Shown here: piece after piece, positions 61,994 through 64,000 of the stretch | How the letters are laid out: every line of letters starts with the position of its first letter | Numbering within the stretch: position 1 is the stretch's first letter | From: Felis catus | Taxonomy: Eukaryota | Length of the DNA: 64,000 nucleotides | NCBI RefSeq assembly: GCF_018350175.1 | Contig: NC_058382.1 | Coordinates: forward strand, 55,182,001 to 55,246,000 | Direction: 5' to 3' | Translations under genes and position numbers: made by a program | The notes under the pieces: model-generated | The model's database searches: none | What the model was told of the DNA's origin: nothing | What the model saw: only the letters and a program-made list of their open reading frames with translations

Positions 61994-62037
61994 ATTCTTG
62001 ATGAATTCAAAAAAGATTCTTCTGTGTTCATCTTGGG
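61994..62037 (+). CDS. PLCG2: PLCG2 coding exon (exon 8 equivalent): ILDEFKKDSSVFIL(G)
   Basis: Acceptor ttttctctttcAG (61992-61993) and donor GTGAGG (62038); 44 bp, phase 0-2; peptide matches human ILDEFKKDSSVFILG as recalled. Confidence 0.96.
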
Positions 62038-62691
62038 GTGAGGCACCTCTTCTGGGTTATTGTTGTTCAGGGCGGCTGTGTTGGGCTTGGGTGCCCGTGT
62101 GGGTCCTCCCAGCTGGCTCCAAGGGTGGGGGCACCTCTGTGGGCACGCGCTGATCTCCACAGGGGCAAAGTCTCTGATTGGGAAATTGGCTGTCCTGAGC
62201 CCGTGGCATGGATAAACGTGAACAACAGCAGGGTTTGTGGAGTGGTGGGAGGGTGGGCCAGCAGGTTCCGCAGAGAAGCCTGTATGCTTTAGGACCTGCT
62301 CTCCCAGAATGGAGTTTTGGAAATGCCTGGTTAAGCAGATTTAAGTGAATTAAAACGAGTTGAAGCATATGAAGTGCTTCCTGTGGTGTGTGGGATGGCC
62401 AAGGGCTCATAAATAGTGATACTGGATATTATTAAAATGTAAGTGCTGCAGGACTTGTCAGGACCTTTACTATTCTTCCTCATTCCCCAAGTGGGGATTT
62501 ATGAAATGTTCTGTGATTATGAAATGTTGGCCACGGAGTTAACAGCACCTAAAATGATTTGTGGCACGCTGATCTAGGCCTACCTTTCAGAACCAGTCCT
62601 CATTGACGAGGACACTCTGGCAACTGACCCCTGTTCCTTTCTAAACCAGAAACCTCAAGACTGCACAGTATCTATGAAACATCTGGTTTTT

Positions 62692-63248
<557 letters not shown>

Positions 63249-63263
63249 AACATCTGGGTTTTT

Positions 63264-63413
63264 GTTTGTTTTCTTTTTTCTTTTTTTTTTCTTTTTTATT
63301 ATATGAAATATATTGTCAAGTTAGTTTCCATACAACACCCAGTGGCCATCCCAAAAGATGCCCTCTTCAGTACCCAACACCTCCCCTCCCCTCCCTCCCA
63401 CCCCCCATCAACC
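63264..63413 (-). mobile_element. Severely 5'-truncated felid L1 3' end
   Basis: T-tail then tattgtcaagttagtttccatacaacacccagtg..catcccaa..gatgccctc..ccctccctcccaccccccatcaacc, the reverse complement of the cat L1 3'UTR end as recalled. Confidence 0.85.
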
Positions 63414-63429
63414 TGGTTTTTAAAAAAAT

Positions 63430-63631
63430 GTTTAATTTTTTATTTGGAGAGAGCGCATGTGCATGAGTGGGGGAGGGGCAGAGAGAGAGGGAGGGAGGGA
63501 GGGAGAGAATCCCCAGCACATTCCACACTCAGCACAGAGCCCAACTCGTGGCTCAGTCTCAGGACCGTGAGATCATGACCTGAGCCGAAATCAAGACAGG
63601 TATTTAACTGACTGAGCCACCCAGGCACCCC
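63430..63631 (-). mobile_element. Can-SINE
   Basis: gagatcatgacctgagccgaaatcaagacagg...tgagccacccaggcacccc. Confidence 0.92.
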
Positions 63632-64000
63632 AAAACAAATCTGATTTTCATGTAGTATTTTAAGGAAAAAATGAGGGTTAGACCATGAGGGTCGTTAGCA
63701 AAGAAGATTGGAAGTACATTTGCAATTAGAGAATGACGATAGACTTTGGGATTCTAAGTGAGTTCAGTAAAGGCAACAGTTGAAAGTGTGTTTTATCGCC
63801 TGTGCTTTAAAAGACACCCCCGCTTCCCTCCCCCCCACATAGACACCTTGCAGATTCTAGGGGTAAAGTATAGATTTCCCCTTAAAGCTCTGTTCTACAG
63901 AATGCACTTTCCACAGAAGCCAGGGTTGCTCTGCCAGTCCAGTGAGGTCCCACTTTTTCAGTGGCCCCGAACATCCTCTCCATGAGGCCATCTGTCAGCA

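Overview
This is mammalian DNA, almost certainly from a felid, since it is dense with SINEC_Fc-type Can-SINEs and carries carnivore/felid L1 3' ends. The whole window lies inside PLCG2 (phospholipase C gamma 2, + strand). It holds about 37 kb of the long intron after the ATG exon, then six short coding exons: 37390-37533, 39750-39843, 40598-40645, 50866-50950, 52608-52691 and 61994-62037. These match human exons 3-8 as I recall them (N-terminal PH domain into the EF-hand region), have canonical AG/GT ends and splice into one open frame. The intron after the last exon carries a full-length, disabled RPS12 processed pseudogene on the - strand. The rest is intronic: about 36 Can-SINEs, L1/L2/MIR remnants, MaLR LTRs, MER DNA-transposon fossils, microsatellites and one G-rich 39-bp minisatellite. 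Almost all ORFs in the supplied track are spurious. I see no evidence for a new multi-gene system. The most unusual observations are five: (i) a ~750-bp 'orphan' retroposed insert with a perfect 18-bp TSD and A-tail that splits a MIR; (ii) three retroelements (RPS12 retrocopy, L1 stub, SINE) stacked at one re-used target site; (iii) a 43-bp micro-inversion inside a SINE; (iv) a polarised minisatellite of palindromic, E-box-bearing units just upstream of exon 3; (v) a compact PU.1/GATA/paired-MEF2 motif cluster. Repeat boundaries are by eye (+/- ~10-30 bp), and repeat family names and human comparisons are from memory, not from a database search.
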